64,000 bases of DNA from Candidatus Nitrotoga sp. CP45 (GCA_003402375.1 QFXJ01000053.1:4182-68181); one strand, 5' to 3'; shown: positions 52,966-64,000, counted from the stretch's first letter. Translations and numbers: made by a program. The notes: generated by a model not told the origin, from the letters alone.

Positions 52966-53310
52966 GTTGTGGCCATGTCGAATGCCGAGCCTGACCAATA
53001 ACCAACATGGCTTGTGTCAGAATGCAATTCGTTCGTTGTCGATATTCATGCTATCGGCAACAACGCAAAATAACTTGATACATGAGCGATAATTTATTTT
53101 TACTTAAAGATACAGCCCGGCATCGCACGCAAAAAACAATGGAACCAGCATTTTTAGGGGTATGATGAACCCACTATTACATCACTGGTTTCTTTTTTGT
53201 TTATCCCATTGCTACATTGCCACCTGCCCGTTCTTTTGCAATAAACTTTCGATTACTACAACCATGCATGGTGTAACGGAGACAGCGTAAAACGCCACTG
53301 TCACCACCCA

Positions 53311-56094
53311 CTACAACTGCTTTAGCAATGTTTTTGCTTCCTCAACCTGGGGAAAAGTTTTTCCGGTAGCCAGAATTTGCTCCAATTCTTTACGTGCCTT
53401 GACCTTGTCCCCAGATTTGACCAATGCCAACACTAGATGATAACGAATAGCGAGTGCTTCCGGCGCCACGCTGGCGGCCTTTTGTAGAAGCGGCAAACCA
53501 CGCGTTATGTTGCCTTGTTCCACCAACATCCAACCCAAGGTGTCGAGTATTGCCGGATTGTCAGGAGCAAGTTGGTTGGCTTTCTCGGCATATTCCAAGG
53601 CACGGGGATCTTTTTCCTGTTGATAGAGCCAAGCAAGATTGTTCAATGCCGGAATATTTTTTGCATTTTGCTGCAACACAGCTTGGTATTGTTCGATAGC
53701 GGCTTTATTCTGCTTGCTGGCAAGATAAATTCCTGCCTGATACATTCTGGCAGTGACATCGGCAGGATGTTCTTTTAGCCACTGAGCCAAGCGGATGTCT
53801 GCTGCCTTACCTTTACCGGCTTGGCCTAGGGAAGCGTGCAATTTCACCATGAGCGAACCATTTTTGCTGACAGTAAATGCCTGTTCATAGGCCTTCACCG
53901 CTAGATCAGGTTTTTTTTGCGCCATCAGCACGTCACCTTCTAACTCAAAGCCCACAGAAGATTTAAGGTTTTTTTTCTGAACTTGCCGGGCAATTGTGAG
54001 AGCTTGCTCATAATTACCCTTTTTGGCCTCCAAGGAGGCCAAAGCTAATTGTGCTTCCAAATAATCCGGTTGCAATGATAATGATTTTTTGAGAGCGTCC
54101 GATGCTGCCGACTCGTTCTGCATTGCCATGTGAACCGTAGCGATGAAAAATTGGGCAGGGGCAGAGTCCGGCTTCATGGCGGCAAGCCTAGTGTAGGTTT
54201 CCAAAGCAGCCGGTTTGTCGTCATTAGCAAATTGGGCTTGCGCCAGAATATTCAGAACCTCTGGGCTGCTGGAGTTGGAGCCTTGAAGTTTTTGGGCATA
54301 GATAAGTGCCTTTTGTTTTTCACCTATGCGTAAATAATGAGTTGCCAATAGCATAGCCGGCTGCAATGCATCCGGGTTTTCTTTACTGGCATTTTCTAGC
54401 CAAGTAGTCGCTTCCTTGGTCTGCCCTTGAGAGAGAGCAAGATTGGCCAGTGCGGTCATGACTTGAGAGTTTTTCTTGTCTTTTTCGAGCATAGCCTCAA
54501 GGCGCTTTTTCGCCACTTCTGGCTTTTTGTCCCTCAAATCAAGTTGCACCAAATTCATCACAGCAGGTAAATTGGCAGGTTGAATAGAAAGCGCTTTTTC
54601 AAAGCTCGCGCGTGCGGCAGCACTATCATTTTTGCCCAAATAAGCAGCGCCTTTCAGGTTGTAAACAACGGGGCTGTCAGGCTGTTCTTTTTCAAGAGCC
54701 TTTACTGCTGTGAGTGCCTTATCATATTCTTTAAGACGAAGGTGGGTCATCACCAACAAAACACCTGCCTTAGGTGATTTGGTGTCCATTGCTGCTGCTG
54801 TTTCCATTTCAGCCACTGCACGGTCATTCTCACCTAGCGCCAATCTGCTTAAGCCTAGAGCGCTATGCAGTTCTGCCGCTTTCGGCGCAAGGGCACTAGC
54901 CTTTGCAAAATATTCCGTCGCCTTTGTGTAGTCCCCGGCCTGCATATATAATTCACCCGCAAGTGCCAGTAATTGGATATCGTCTTGTTGCACGGCTTTA
55001 AGCGCTGGCGCCAATACATCAATTGCGTTTTGTGTACGGTGGCTTTTTAGCAACGTAGATGCCATCAATTTACGCGCATAGACATTACCCGGATCCCTTT
55101 CCAGATATTTCTTCAAATGTTGTTCGGCTTGCGGCAGTGACCCAAGTGCCAACTGCACGGCTCCTGCCAGCAGAACACTAGGCATATGTTCTGGCGCTGC
55201 CCGTAGAACTTTCTGCAACGATTCCAATGCTGCCGCATGCTTCCCTTGGCGGAAATCAAGCAATGCTTGCGCATAGAAAATGATTAAACTATTCGGCGAT
55301 GTTTTGCGTGCCGCGTCAATATCTCCTTGGGCTAAATCGAATTTCCCCGCCTCAATTTCCAAAAAAGCCTTATTGATATGTGCTGAGTTATTGTCCGGCT
55401 GCAATTTCAAAGCTTGGTCATAAGCAGCAAGAGCAAGCTCAACTTTTCCTTGGGCACGCAGAAAATCACCTTTAAAAAGAACAACATCCGTGTTTTGTGG
55501 ATTTTTGGTTACAGCTTGCTCGGTAAAGCCTGTTGCGGCATCGATATTTTTCTCCGTAATCGAATGCCTAGCTAACCCGATAAGCGCGTCCGGGAAATCA
55601 GGTTTATTCTTCAGGGCCTGCTCAAACGATTCCTTGGCTTCCTGGCCTTTGCCTAAAGCTAAATAAGCATTGCCACGCGAGACTAATATTTCAGCAGATT
55701 CTTTTTCTCCTGGAACCTGCTTAATTTCATCCAAAACCGCCTGAAATTTCCCTTGCATAAGCAAAGATTTACCCAAATCAGGCGACACCTTAGCGGGATT
55801 CATTCCCAAACTCAAAGCCTTACGAAGTTCTTTCTCAGCTGAAGGAAAATCCGCAGTTTCATTGTAGATAGTACCCAAGATATAACGGACTTCAGCATCT
55901 TCCGGGGTTTTTTGTAACGCATTTTTTAATTGAATAATAGCGGCCTTGTTATCACCCTTCTGTTGATACTGTTTTGCTTCAGCAACCAGCGTCTCTGAGG
56001 TCTGCGTTTTACCGCAGGCGGTCATGCCACCCATGCACAGGATCGTTACAGAAACTATTACAGTGATTATTTTTTGCCTGTTTATGTTTAGCAT
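53311..56094 (-). CDS. prsT: PEP-CTERM system TPR-repeat (lipo)protein PrsT
   Basis: MTACG lipobox-like, AAIIQLKNALQ, many TPRs, LNNLAWLY, ILDTLGW. Confidence 0.92.
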   Translation of the reverse strand: MLNINRQKIITVIVSVTILCMGGMTACGKTQTSETLVAEAKQYQQKGDNKAAIIQLKNALQKTPEDAEVRYILGTIYNETADFPSAEKELRKALSLGMNPAKVSPDLGKSLLMQGKFQAVLDEIKQVPGEKESAEILVSRGNAYLALGKGQEAKESFEQALKNKPDFPDALIGLARHSITEKNIDAATGFTEQAVTKNPQNTDVVLFKGDFLRAQGKVELALAAYDQALKLQPDNNSAHINKAFLEIEAGKFDLAQGDIDAARKTSPNSLIIFYAQALLDFRQGKHAAALESLQKVLRAAPEHMPSVLLAGAVQLALGSLPQAEQHLKKYLERDPGNVYARKLMASTLLKSHRTQNAIDVLAPALKAVQQDDIQLLALAGELYMQAGDYTKATEYFAKASALAPKAAELHSALGLSRLALGENDRAVAEMETAAAMDTKSPKAGVLLVMTHLRLKEYDKALTAVKALEKEQPDSPVVYNLKGAAYLGKNDSAAARASFEKALSIQPANLPAVMNLVQLDLRDKKPEVAKKRLEAMLEKDKKNSQVMTALANLALSQGQTKEATTWLENASKENPDALQPAMLLATHYLRIGEKQKALIYAQKLQGSNSSSPEVLNILAQAQFANDDKPAALETYTRLAAMKPDSAPAQFFIATVHMAMQNESAASDALKKSLSLQPDYLEAQLALASLEAKKGNYEQALTIARQVQKKNLKSSVGFELEGDVLMAQKKPDLAVKAYEQAFTVSKNGSLMVKLHASLGQAGKGKAADIRLAQWLKEHPADVTARMYQAGIYLASKQNKAAIEQYQAVLQQNAKNIPALNNLAWLYQQEKDPRALEYAEKANQLAPDNPAILDTLGWMLVEQGNITRGLPLLQKAASVAPEALAIRYHLVLALVKSGDKVKARKELEQILATGKTFPQVEEAKTLLKQL

Positions 56095-56168
56095 AACTTC
56101 TTTCCTTTGAGTTTCGTGGTGGCTTTAAATTGATACGACAGTAACGCTAAGGTTACGTTGAACAACGT

Positions 56169-56243
56169 CCGCATTAAGCTTGCCGAACATACATCTTGAA
56201 ATCAATAACTTTAAAATTGCTCCAACAGGCCCAGCCAGAACGG
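56169..56243. repeat. Degenerate REP-like doublet similar to 17229-17309
   Basis: ccgcattaagcttgccgaa..gaaatcaataactt..caacaggcccagccagaacgg. Confidence 0.55.
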
Positions 56244-56289
56244 AAGGGCCTGTTAAGTATTGCCTTAGTATCCTAAATTTTAAAGGTGC

Positions 56290-57570
56290 CTAAAGTCTCC
56301 AGACATTAAGCCCAGCCGCGCGCAAAGCTGTCTGGTCAAAATGAGATTTAACATCAATAAAGCAACCATTTGAAACAATTTTTTCTTGGAAATCAGCAAG
56401 GGGCCTGGCAAGAAATTCGCGGTGTGAAACTGCGGCAATCATTGCATCTGCGCGTGGCAACTTTTCCCAAGTTACGAGTTCCAGGCCATACTCGTGAAGG
56501 GCATCTACAGTAGTAGTTACTGGATCATGAACATAAACTTCTACACCGTAAGATCGAAGTTCGAGAATAATATCCATAACCTTCGAATTCCTGAGGTCAG
56601 GGCAATTTTCTTTGAATGTCAATCCAAGTACAGTTACTTTTGAGCCTTTTACATTGAGACCAGCACGGATCATTTCTTTCACAGTTTTTTCGGCAATAAA
56701 TTTTGCCATTCCGTCATTTATTCGGCGTCCTGCCAGTATCACCTGAGGGTGATAGCCAATCATATCTGCTTTGTGGGTCAGGTAGTAAGGGTCTACACCA
56801 ATACAATGCCCACCAACTAACCCGGGACGAAAAGGGAGGAAATTCCACTTCGTCCCGGCGGCCTGCAGTACCTGCAACGTGTCAATTCCAAGCTTATCGA
56901 AAATAATGGCCAATTCATTAATTAATGCGATATTCAGATCACGTTGAGTATTTTCGATCACTTTTGCCGCTTCTGCGACCTTAATACTGGATGCTCTATG
57001 TACACCGGCACTGATAATAGCTTCGTAAAGCTTAGCTACTTTCTCCAGCGTTTCGTTATCATCTCCTGATACAATTTTTACAATGGAAGTAAGAGTGCGT
57101 TCTTTATCACCTGGATTAATTCTTTCTGGAGAATACCCAATGTGAAAATCTTTTTTCCATTCCATGCCAGAATTCTTTTCCAGAATTGGAATGCATACTT
57201 CCTCAGTAGCACCTGGGTAAACCGTTGACTCATAAATAATTATTGCGCCGCGCTTCATGTATTTTCCAACCGTTTCGCTGGCGCCAACGAGAGGAGAAAA
57301 GTCAGGCTGATGGGCACTATCTACGGGCGTTGGAACTGCGATTACAATATAGTCGGCGAGAGATAATTCGGAGGGGTCGGAGCTGACGGTAAGATGGGTA
57401 GCCTCTTGCAACTTTTCAGTTGACAACTCTCCAGTTGGATCAATATGCCGTTTGTAACTCTCTATTTTGGTGGCGGAAAGATCAAATCCGATCGTTTGCT
57501 GTTTTTTTCCAAACTCTACTGCCAGAGGTAAACCCACATATCCAAGCCCAACTACGGCAACAATGTCCAT
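56290..57570 (-). CDS. Nucleotide-sugar dehydrogenase (TviB/WbpO-like)
   Basis: VVGLGYVGLPLA, ESTVYPG, YSPERINPGD, GGHCIGVDPYYL, GLTFKENCPD.RNS. Confidence 0.93.
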   Translation of the reverse strand: MDIVAVVGLGYVGLPLAVEFGKKQQTIGFDLSATKIESYKRHIDPTGELSTEKLQEATHLTVSSDPSELSLADYIVIAVPTPVDSAHQPDFSPLVGASETVGKYMKRGAIIIYESTVYPGATEEVCIPILEKNSGMEWKKDFHIGYSPERINPGDKERTLTSIVKIVSGDDNETLEKVAKLYEAIISAGVHRASSIKVAEAAKVIENTQRDLNIALINELAIIFDKLGIDTLQVLQAAGTKWNFLPFRPGLVGGHCIGVDPYYLTHKADMIGYHPQVILAGRRINDGMAKFIAEKTVKEMIRAGLNVKGSKVTVLGLTFKENCPDLRNSKVMDIILELRSYGVEVYVHDPVTTTVDALHEYGLELVTWEKLPRADAMIAAVSHREFLARPLADFQEKIVSNGCFIDVKSHFDQTALRAAGLNVWRL

Positions 57571-57741
57571 ACTAAACTCACTTTGCTATTTATCATGATC
57601 TTTTGAATCTAGCAGATATGCTGGGAAGCTTCAATCTTATTTCTCAATTTATCTTATCGGTTTACTGATATCGCTAATGTTATTGTTACAAAAGCCGATA
57701 TGATATGGGCTTAACTTAAAAATACGAGCAAATTTTGTGGG

Positions 57742-59148
57742 GTGAAAATGCTGTTTAGAATTTCCAATCACTATGTCTCAAAAGTAGTGTCCATTCTGCT
57801 TTTTGTTGAAATGTTTGTCTTCATCGCCTCAGTCTATCTGGGGGCGACTCTTCGGTTCTTTGATAGCGGCTTCCCATATTTTGTCCAGATGGAAAGTTTT
57901 TCTCTGGCGGCAGGTACATTTACCTTAGTAATGGTTTTCAGCATGAGTGCTTTTGGCATGTATAAGCATGACTACAAAGAAAGCATCAGGGATACTTTTC
58001 TCCGGCTCATGCCTTCTTTTGCCCTAGGATTCGGCATCATAACCTTGGTATTTTATTTAGTACCGAGTATTTATATTGGTCGCGGTATTTTAGGTCTCGT
58101 AATTATTATCGCCGCTTGTTTGATTTTATTGGTGAGGTTTGTTTTTTATCAATTATTCAAATTGAAATATCTAGAATCACGAATTATTTTTATAGGATGC
58201 GGTACGCTGGCAAAAGAATGCAGCGATCTGGCTATGCATAATATTAGCTACCATAAATATAAAATCGTTGGCTTTGTTCAGTTACCGGGTGAAACGAGCT
58301 GCATGCTACCGTCTACTATTTTCCCGACAGGAAACTCATTAATAGATTTAACAGCCAAATATAACGCGAATGAAATCATCGTCGCTGCAAATAATCGACG
58401 AGGTGAAAGTTTCCCTATACAAGATTTATTAGTTTGTAAATTAAATGGGATCAAAGTGACTGATGCGGCGTCTTTTTTTGAGCGTGAAGCATGCCAAATC
58501 AGAGTGGATTCTCTTCAACCAAGTTGGTTGGTTTTCGGCGGCGGATTTGACCAAAGTTTCCTACGGTCTTTTATTAAAAGAATTTTCGATTTATTCGCCA
58601 GCACTATTATTTTGTTTGTTTCACTTCCAGTGATATTGATTACGGCGCTATGCATTTATCTCGAAGATCGAGCTCCAATCTTTTATCAACAAGAGCGAGT
58701 TGGCATGGATGGCCATACTTTTATGGTGTTGAAATTTCGTAGCATGCGAAAGGATGCTGAGCAAGGAATGCAACCTCAATGGGCGGCCGCAAATGACGAT
58801 CGTACAACAAAGGTGGGCCGTATCATTCGCAAACTGAGAATAGACGAACTTCCCCAAATTATAAATGTTGTTAAAGGGGAAATGAGCTTCGTTGGGCCAC
58901 GCCCGGAAAGACCTTTTTTTGTAAAGCAACTCATTGATGAGGTTCCATATTATAACGTGCGGCACAGTATTCAACCGGGAATAACGGGCTTGGCTCAAGT
59001 ACGCTACCAGTATGGCGCCTCTGTTGAGGATTCCATTCAAAAACTCCAGTACGACTTATACTATGTGAAAAACAATAGCTTGTTTCTGGACGTACTTATA
59101 TTAATCGATACTTTCCAGGTTGTGATATTGGGCAAGGGCAGCAGATAA
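57742..59148 (+). CDS. XrtA/PEP-CTERM system priming sugar transferase
   Basis: TM N-terminus, FEREA..I.VD.L.PSW, KRIFD, KFRSM, DELPQ, GPRPER, GITG.AQV.Y.YG. Confidence 0.93.
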   Translation: MKMLFRISNHYVSKVVSILLFVEMFVFIASVYLGATLRFFDSGFPYFVQMESFSLAAGTFTLVMVFSMSAFGMYKHDYKESIRDTFLRLMPSFALGFGIITLVFYLVPSIYIGRGILGLVIIIAACLILLVRFVFYQLFKLKYLESRIIFIGCGTLAKECSDLAMHNISYHKYKIVGFVQLPGETSCMLPSTIFPTGNSLIDLTAKYNANEIIVAANNRRGESFPIQDLLVCKLNGIKVTDAASFFEREACQIRVDSLQPSWLVFGGGFDQSFLRSFIKRIFDLFASTIILFVSLPVILITALCIYLEDRAPIFYQQERVGMDGHTFMVLKFRSMRKDAEQGMQPQWAAANDDRTTKVGRIIRKLRIDELPQIINVVKGEMSFVGPRPERPFFVKQLIDEVPYYNVRHSIQPGITGLAQVRYQYGASVEDSIQKLQYDLYYVKNNSLFLDVLILIDTFQVVILGKGSR

Positions 59149-59167
59149 CCTAATGGAACAACCTTAA

Positions 59168-61285
59168 ATGTTGACAAGCATCACTGCATATAGCTATGGC
59201 ATAGCCGCTGTAGCATTTCTTACACTCACCGTTCTCTTGTTGACCAGTTGGCGTGCCCGTATTTTCGGGACAGCGCTGACGGTTGCCTGCGTAATAACGG
59301 TGTTTTGGGCAACATCAATTGTTTACCAGGCAGCTAGAGCCCCCTTATCGTTGCTGACAGACGTTCTGGAAATTTTACGAAATGCAGGGTGGTCTATCTT
59401 CCTGTTAATGTTGTTGGGACCTTTCCAACAAACAAACTCATCACCTCCTTTTAAATTCAAATTAAAACCTTATGTGGTTGGCATCCTAGCGTTTTATTGC
59501 TTACTCTTACTTTTGAACATTTATAGCTACTGGAAACTTGACCCCTCTCAAGGAGAGACCAGTTTTATCTTTATAACGGACATCGTTGGCCGAGTAGTCA
59601 TGGCGGTTATGGGTATGCTCTTGGTGGAGCAACTTTACCGGAATACGCCCGCTAAGGGACGCTGGGGGATAAAGTTTGCCTGTTTTGGAATCGGGGGGAT
59701 GTTTGCTTACGATTTTTACTTATATAGCGACGCTATGTTGTTCAGGCAAGTTAATGTGGAAATCTGGACTGCCCGAGGAGCGGTCAATGCCCTGATAGTT
59801 CCTCTAGTGGCAATATCAGCAGCACGGAATCCTCAATGGTCATTGGGTATTTCAGTATCACGCCGTATTTTATTTCACTCAGCAACGCTGTTAGGCACTG
59901 CCCTGTATTTATTGGCTATGTCTGCTGCCGGCTATTACCTACGGTTTTTCGGGGGAAGCTGGGGAGCCGTCATGCAAGTGACTTTTCTGTTCGGAGCTGT
60001 GGCCTTGCTTGTTGGCATACTATTTTCGGGCGCGTCTCGTTCATGGCTTAAGGTTTTTATCAGCAAGCATTTTTACAATTACAATTACGACTACCGTGAA
60101 GAATGGTTAGGTTTTACGCGCACGCTCTCCGAGCATAGCCATGGATTGGGCGAACGCACCATCCAAGCAGTAGCAGCGCTCGTGGAAAGCCCCGCGGGTG
60201 TTTTGTTCATTAACCGGGAATCAGGTAATTGCGAACCTGCGGCTCATTGGAATATGAGTTTGCCGAATGAATCTGAATCGGCAAATAGCGCCCTTTGTCA
60301 GTTTCTGGAAAACAAGCAGTGGGTAATCGATCTTCAGGAGTACGACTCAACTCCTGAAAAATACAGTGCGATTTTTATTCCTCAATGGTTACGAAATTTC
60401 CCTAAAGGCTGGCTGATAGTTCCCTTAATTCTGCTGGGGAGGCTGTTTGGCTTTATGATACTGGCACAACCCAGAAGTAGAGTTAAGTTAAATTGGGAAG
60501 TGATTGATCTACTCAAAATTGCTGGTAGCCAAGCCGCGAGTTATCTTGCCCAACAGGAATCAACTAACGCTCTCATCATTGCGCGTCAGTTTGAATCTTT
60601 CAATCGCATGTCAACTTTCATAGTTCATGACCTAAAAAACTTAGTTTCCCAGTTATCGTTATTACTTTCCAATGCCGAAAAGCATAAAAATAATCCAGAA
60701 TTCCAAAGGGATATGCTTGAGACACTGGATTATTCCGTTCAAAAAATGAAACTGCTTCTACATAAATTAAGCAGAGAGTCTTCCATAGAGCACCCCTCCC
60801 CCCTTTTTATTGACAAATTATTACGACAGACATTGGCATTAAAAGCTGCCTTTGAGCCTAAACCTGAGCTTGAGATCCTAGACCCTAATCTGATGGTGGT
60901 AGCTAATTGGGATCGTCTCGAAAGAGTGATTGGCCACATTGTTCAAAATGCTGTTGAAGCCACACCCAAAAATGGCAAAGTAACAATCCATATTTCGAAG
61001 CTCGGGGCTTTTATAGTGATCGAAATAAAAGATACCGGTCAAGGTATGAGCGAAGAGTTCATTCGTGAACGGTTATTCAAGCCGTTTGAATCTACAAAAT
61101 CGGCAGGTATGGGAATTGGCATGTTTGAGAGTCGTGAATATATCCACGAACTGGGTGGCCAAATTGAAGTCTCCAGCCATCTAAACGCTGGCACAACTTT
61201 CCGAGTAATGTTGCCACTTCATAAACATGTTGATGATGTCAAAAACACCACGTCACAGCAGGGATACTTCCATGAATCCAGATAA
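59168..61285 (+). CDS. prsK: PEP-CTERM system histidine kinase PrsK
   Basis: Multi-TM N-terminus, DFYLYSDA.L, NYDYREEW, GAF, H-box FIVHDLKN, G.GIGMFE. Confidence 0.95.
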   Translation: MLTSITAYSYGIAAVAFLTLTVLLLTSWRARIFGTALTVACVITVFWATSIVYQAARAPLSLLTDVLEILRNAGWSIFLLMLLGPFQQTNSSPPFKFKLKPYVVGILAFYCLLLLLNIYSYWKLDPSQGETSFIFITDIVGRVVMAVMGMLLVEQLYRNTPAKGRWGIKFACFGIGGMFAYDFYLYSDAMLFRQVNVEIWTARGAVNALIVPLVAISAARNPQWSLGISVSRRILFHSATLLGTALYLLAMSAAGYYLRFFGGSWGAVMQVTFLFGAVALLVGILFSGASRSWLKVFISKHFYNYNYDYREEWLGFTRTLSEHSHGLGERTIQAVAALVESPAGVLFINRESGNCEPAAHWNMSLPNESESANSALCQFLENKQWVIDLQEYDSTPEKYSAIFIPQWLRNFPKGWLIVPLILLGRLFGFMILAQPRSRVKLNWEVIDLLKIAGSQAASYLAQQESTNALIIARQFESFNRMSTFIVHDLKNLVSQLSLLLSNAEKHKNNPEFQRDMLETLDYSVQKMKLLLHKLSRESSIEHPSPLFIDKLLRQTLALKAAFEPKPELEILDPNLMVVANWDRLERVIGHIVQNAVEATPKNGKVTIHISKLGAFIVIEIKDTGQGMSEEFIRERLFKPFESTKSAGMGIGMFESREYIHELGGQIEVSSHLNAGTTFRVMLPLHKHVDDVKNTTSQQGYFHESR

Positions 61286-62633
61286 AAAAAAGCTACTTGT
61301 GATTGAAGATGATCTAGGCTTGCAAAAGCAATTGCGCTGGAATTTTGATGCTTATGAAGTGCTGTTGGCGGGAGACCGTGAAAGCGCGCTGGCGCAGGTT
61401 AGACGGCATGAACCTGCGGTTATTACCATGGATCTTGGACTTCCTCCTGATCCCGATGGTGCTACGGAAGGACTGGCAATCCTACAACAGATTCTTGCGC
61501 TTGCCCCTGACACCAAACTAATTGTGCTTTCAGGGAATCAAGATCATGCCAATGCAGTGAAAGCGATTGGTATGGGTGCTTATGATTTTCATCAGAAACC
61601 GTTTAACCCGGAGATACTAGGGTTAGTAGTTGAACGTGCATTTTATTTACACGCGCTGCAACAGGAAAACCGCAGAATTTTACAGATTCAGGCTGACTCT
61701 CCCTTATCTAGTATTATCAGTCGGGATCCCGGCATGTTGAAGGTGTGCCGTAGCGTTGAAAAAGTAGCTCCCTCCTCCGCCTCGGTCATGCTGTTAGGTG
61801 ATAGCGGAACGGGTAAAGAACTATTGGCAAGAGCGCTGCACCAGATGAGCCCGCGGCAGGAGCGGCGCTTCATGGCAATCAACTGCGCCGCAATCCCGGA
61901 AAACCTTCTGGAAAGCGAATTGTTTGGCTACGAGAAGGGAGCGTTTACCGGAGCCGCCAAACAGACATTAGGTAAAATTGAACTTGCCGATGGGGGTACT
62001 TTTTTTCTTGATGAAGTCGGGGATATGCCCATGCTTCTACAAGCGAAACTTCTCCGATTTTTGCAAGAAAGGGTAATCGAGAGAATAGGAGGACGCCAGG
62101 AAATTCCTGTTGATGTTCGAATTGTCTGCGCAACGCATCGTAATCTGAAGGAACTCAGCGTTGCGGGACGTTTCCGTGAGGACCTTTATTACCGGTTAAG
62201 CGAGATTACAGTCACTATCCCCCCGCTACGGGAACGTGTGGGCGACGCCGCATTGTTGGCACACCATTTTAAAAATAAATTCAGCATTAAAGAGGGGCGT
62301 TCTTCACTAAACTTCACTCAGGAAGCGCTGGCCATGATAGAGGGATACTCTTGGCCAGGCAATGTGCGCGAAATGGAAAACTGCATCAAGCGTGCCGTAA
62401 TCATGGCTGAAGGCTCCCAAATAAGCGCAGAAGATATTGGTCTGTCGACTTCACCCAAAATGATAGAGTCTATCAATTTGCGCCAGGTACGTGATGACGC
62501 CGAATACAACGCCGTGGTAAAAGCGCTGGCGAGAGTAAATGGCAATATTGCCAAGGCGGCCGAATTGCTCGGTGTTAGCCGTCCAACACTCTACGATTTA
62601 ATAAGCCGTCATGGTATTGTATGCAAAGCTTAA
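61272..62633 (+). CDS. prsR: PEP-CTERM-box sigma54-dependent response regulator PrsR
   Basis: Receiver MDLGLPPDPD, GDSGTGKE, ESELFGYEKGAFTGA, WPGNVRE, Fis HTH. Confidence 0.95.
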   Translation: MNPDKKKLLVIEDDLGLQKQLRWNFDAYEVLLAGDRESALAQVRRHEPAVITMDLGLPPDPDGATEGLAILQQILALAPDTKLIVLSGNQDHANAVKAIGMGAYDFHQKPFNPEILGLVVERAFYLHALQQENRRILQIQADSPLSSIISRDPGMLKVCRSVEKVAPSSASVMLLGDSGTGKELLARALHQMSPRQERRFMAINCAAIPENLLESELFGYEKGAFTGAAKQTLGKIELADGGTFFLDEVGDMPMLLQAKLLRFLQERVIERIGGRQEIPVDVRIVCATHRNLKELSVAGRFREDLYYRLSEITVTIPPLRERVGDAALLAHHFKNKFSIKEGRSSLNFTQEALAMIEGYSWPGNVREMENCIKRAVIMAEGSQISAEDIGLSTSPKMIESINLRQVRDDAEYNAVVKALARVNGNIAKAAELLGVSRPTLYDLISRHGIVCKA

Positions 62634-63110
62634 GGGGATTTGCTGTTCTAGTTAAACATTTATTTGTGACTTGTGTTTTGATGCAAAATTGATTCTCGAC
62701 AGAAAATATATTGTTCTGGCAAGCCGCTTTTAAAAGCGGCAAGTATTACGAAGGTATCATCACCGTAACTTCTCACCCCCCATCTTTTTTATTACTGGAT
62801 CATTTGTTGATCAGGTAAAATTCACCTTGTATCAGAAACCAGTAGCCCGCTTTATCTCCGCTATATCTAGGACACAAAATTGACACCCAGGTATAGTTCA
62901 TTCCTTTTTTTGCTTATACATTAATAAAATAATCAACCGATAAAAACACATAAGCTCTCCCCAATAAAGAGGAATTTGATGTATGGAATTTAAGTTGATC
63001 AAAAGCATACTTGGCGCAGCAATAAAAACTGGTCAACTGTCCGTAGTCGCCAGCATGTATTTTTCAACCGGTGGCTCACTATAATTAATGGCACAAAAGC
63101 GGATGCCTTA

Positions 63111-64000
63111 ATGGAAAAAATGGAGATCAAACGCTGGTGGTGGCTATTGCTAATGGTCGTCATGATTTGGTTTGGCACTTTGGAGTACCGCAAACTCATA
63201 AAACCGGACGAAGGACGCTACGCCGAAATTCCACGCGAAATGGTAGCGAGCGGCGACTGGGTGACACCACGCCTGAACGGCCTAAAATATTTCGAAAAAC
63301 CTCCGCTACAATATTGGGCGACTGCGGCTGCCTATACCTTGTTAGGTGAGCATCATTGGACGTCACGTTTGTGGCCTGCATTGACCGGTTTTGCCGGTTT
63401 GTTATTGGTGTGGTTTGCCGGGGTACGTTTATTCGGGCGCGAAGCAGGACAGTATGCAGCCCTGATTCTTGGCAGCAGTATATTGTATGCAGTGATTGGG
63501 CATATCAATACGCTTGATATGGGTGTCACGTTTTTTCTCACACTCGGCATAATCGGTCTACTACTTGGTCAACAAGCTGAAGCAGATACGCGTACCCGGC
63601 GCAATTGGCTCTATTGCGCATGGATAGCATTGGGTTTGGCAGTATTAAGCAAGGGGTTGATAGGGCTGGTGCTACCAGCTGCCGCGTTGGTGATTTATTC
63701 TATTTTGCAGCGCGATTTAACACCATGGAAACGTCTCAATCTGGTGACTGGGCTATTACTGTTTCTGCTGGTCACTGCGCCATGGTTCATTCTAGTGATG
63801 AAAGCCAATCCCGAATTCTTCGAGCGTTTTTTTATTTACGAACACTACACACGATTTTCTACCAAGGATTTGGGACGCTATCAACCTTGGTACTATTTTA
63901 TTCCCATTTTATTAGCGGGTATGATGCCATGGACGCTTTTAATGTTGGATACCCTGCTACGCACTTGGAAAAGTAGCACATATATTGGCACGGCATTTAA
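63111..64000 (+). CDS. ArnT/GT39-family glycosyltransferase (3'-truncated by window edge)
   Basis: Read by hand from ATG 63111: PDEGRYAEIPREMVASGDWVTPRLNGLKYFEKPPLQYW; frame open to the end of the window. Confidence 0.9.
   Translation, partial: MEKMEIKRWWWLLLMVVMIWFGTLEYRKLIKPDEGRYAEIPREMVASGDWVTPRLNGLKYFEKPPLQYWATAAAYTLLGEHHWTSRLWPALTGFAGLLLVWFAGVRLFGREAGQYAALILGSSILYAVIGHINTLDMGVTFFLTLGIIGLLLGQQAEADTRTRRNWLYCAWIALGLAVLSKGLIGLVLPAAALVIYSILQRDLTPWKRLNLVTGLLLFLLVTAPWFILVMKANPEFFERFFIYEHYTRFSTKDLGRYQPWYYFIPILLAGMMPWTLLMLDTLLRTWKSSTYIGTAF

Overview
A 64-kb betaproteobacterial chromosome segment; gene content and style suggest Nitrosomonadales/Gallionellaceae (inference). Core blocks: hypD-hypE, fumC, def-mtnP-hpt-galU-ligA-zipA, metR/metE, fnr, recA-recX-cinA, metZ behind a SAM-II riboswitch, and yebC-ruvCAB. 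Accessory blocks: (i) a GIY-YIG nuclease flanked by REP-like repeats and a 40-bp tandem array between hypD and hypE, with a decayed second copy near fnr; (ii) an ArsR-SRPBCC-VOC operon; (iii) a decaying defence-like island at about 21-28.6 kb (YobI-like NTPase split by a 118-bp MITE, UvrD remnant, small ORF plus nucleotidyltransferase, VapBC between ~200-bp direct repeats); (iv) an HprK-related kinase / PqqD-type RRE / nucleotidyltransferase operon headed by a Tat-signal protein; (v) a PEP-CTERM locus (PEP-CTERM protein, prsT, prsK, prsR, sugar transferase) with two N-acyl-amino-acid-synthase-like acyltransferases, a methyltransferase, a ThiF enzyme and an MMPL/LolA-like/beta-barrel export set. 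The strongest new signal is that the kinase/RRE operon has the same sigma54 promoter plus TGT-N11-ACA enhancer as the PEP-CTERM gene, which would place a RiPP-like protein-modification system in the PrsKR regulon. No tRNA, rRNA or CRISPR array was seen. All family assignments come from motif recognition by eye, not database searches.
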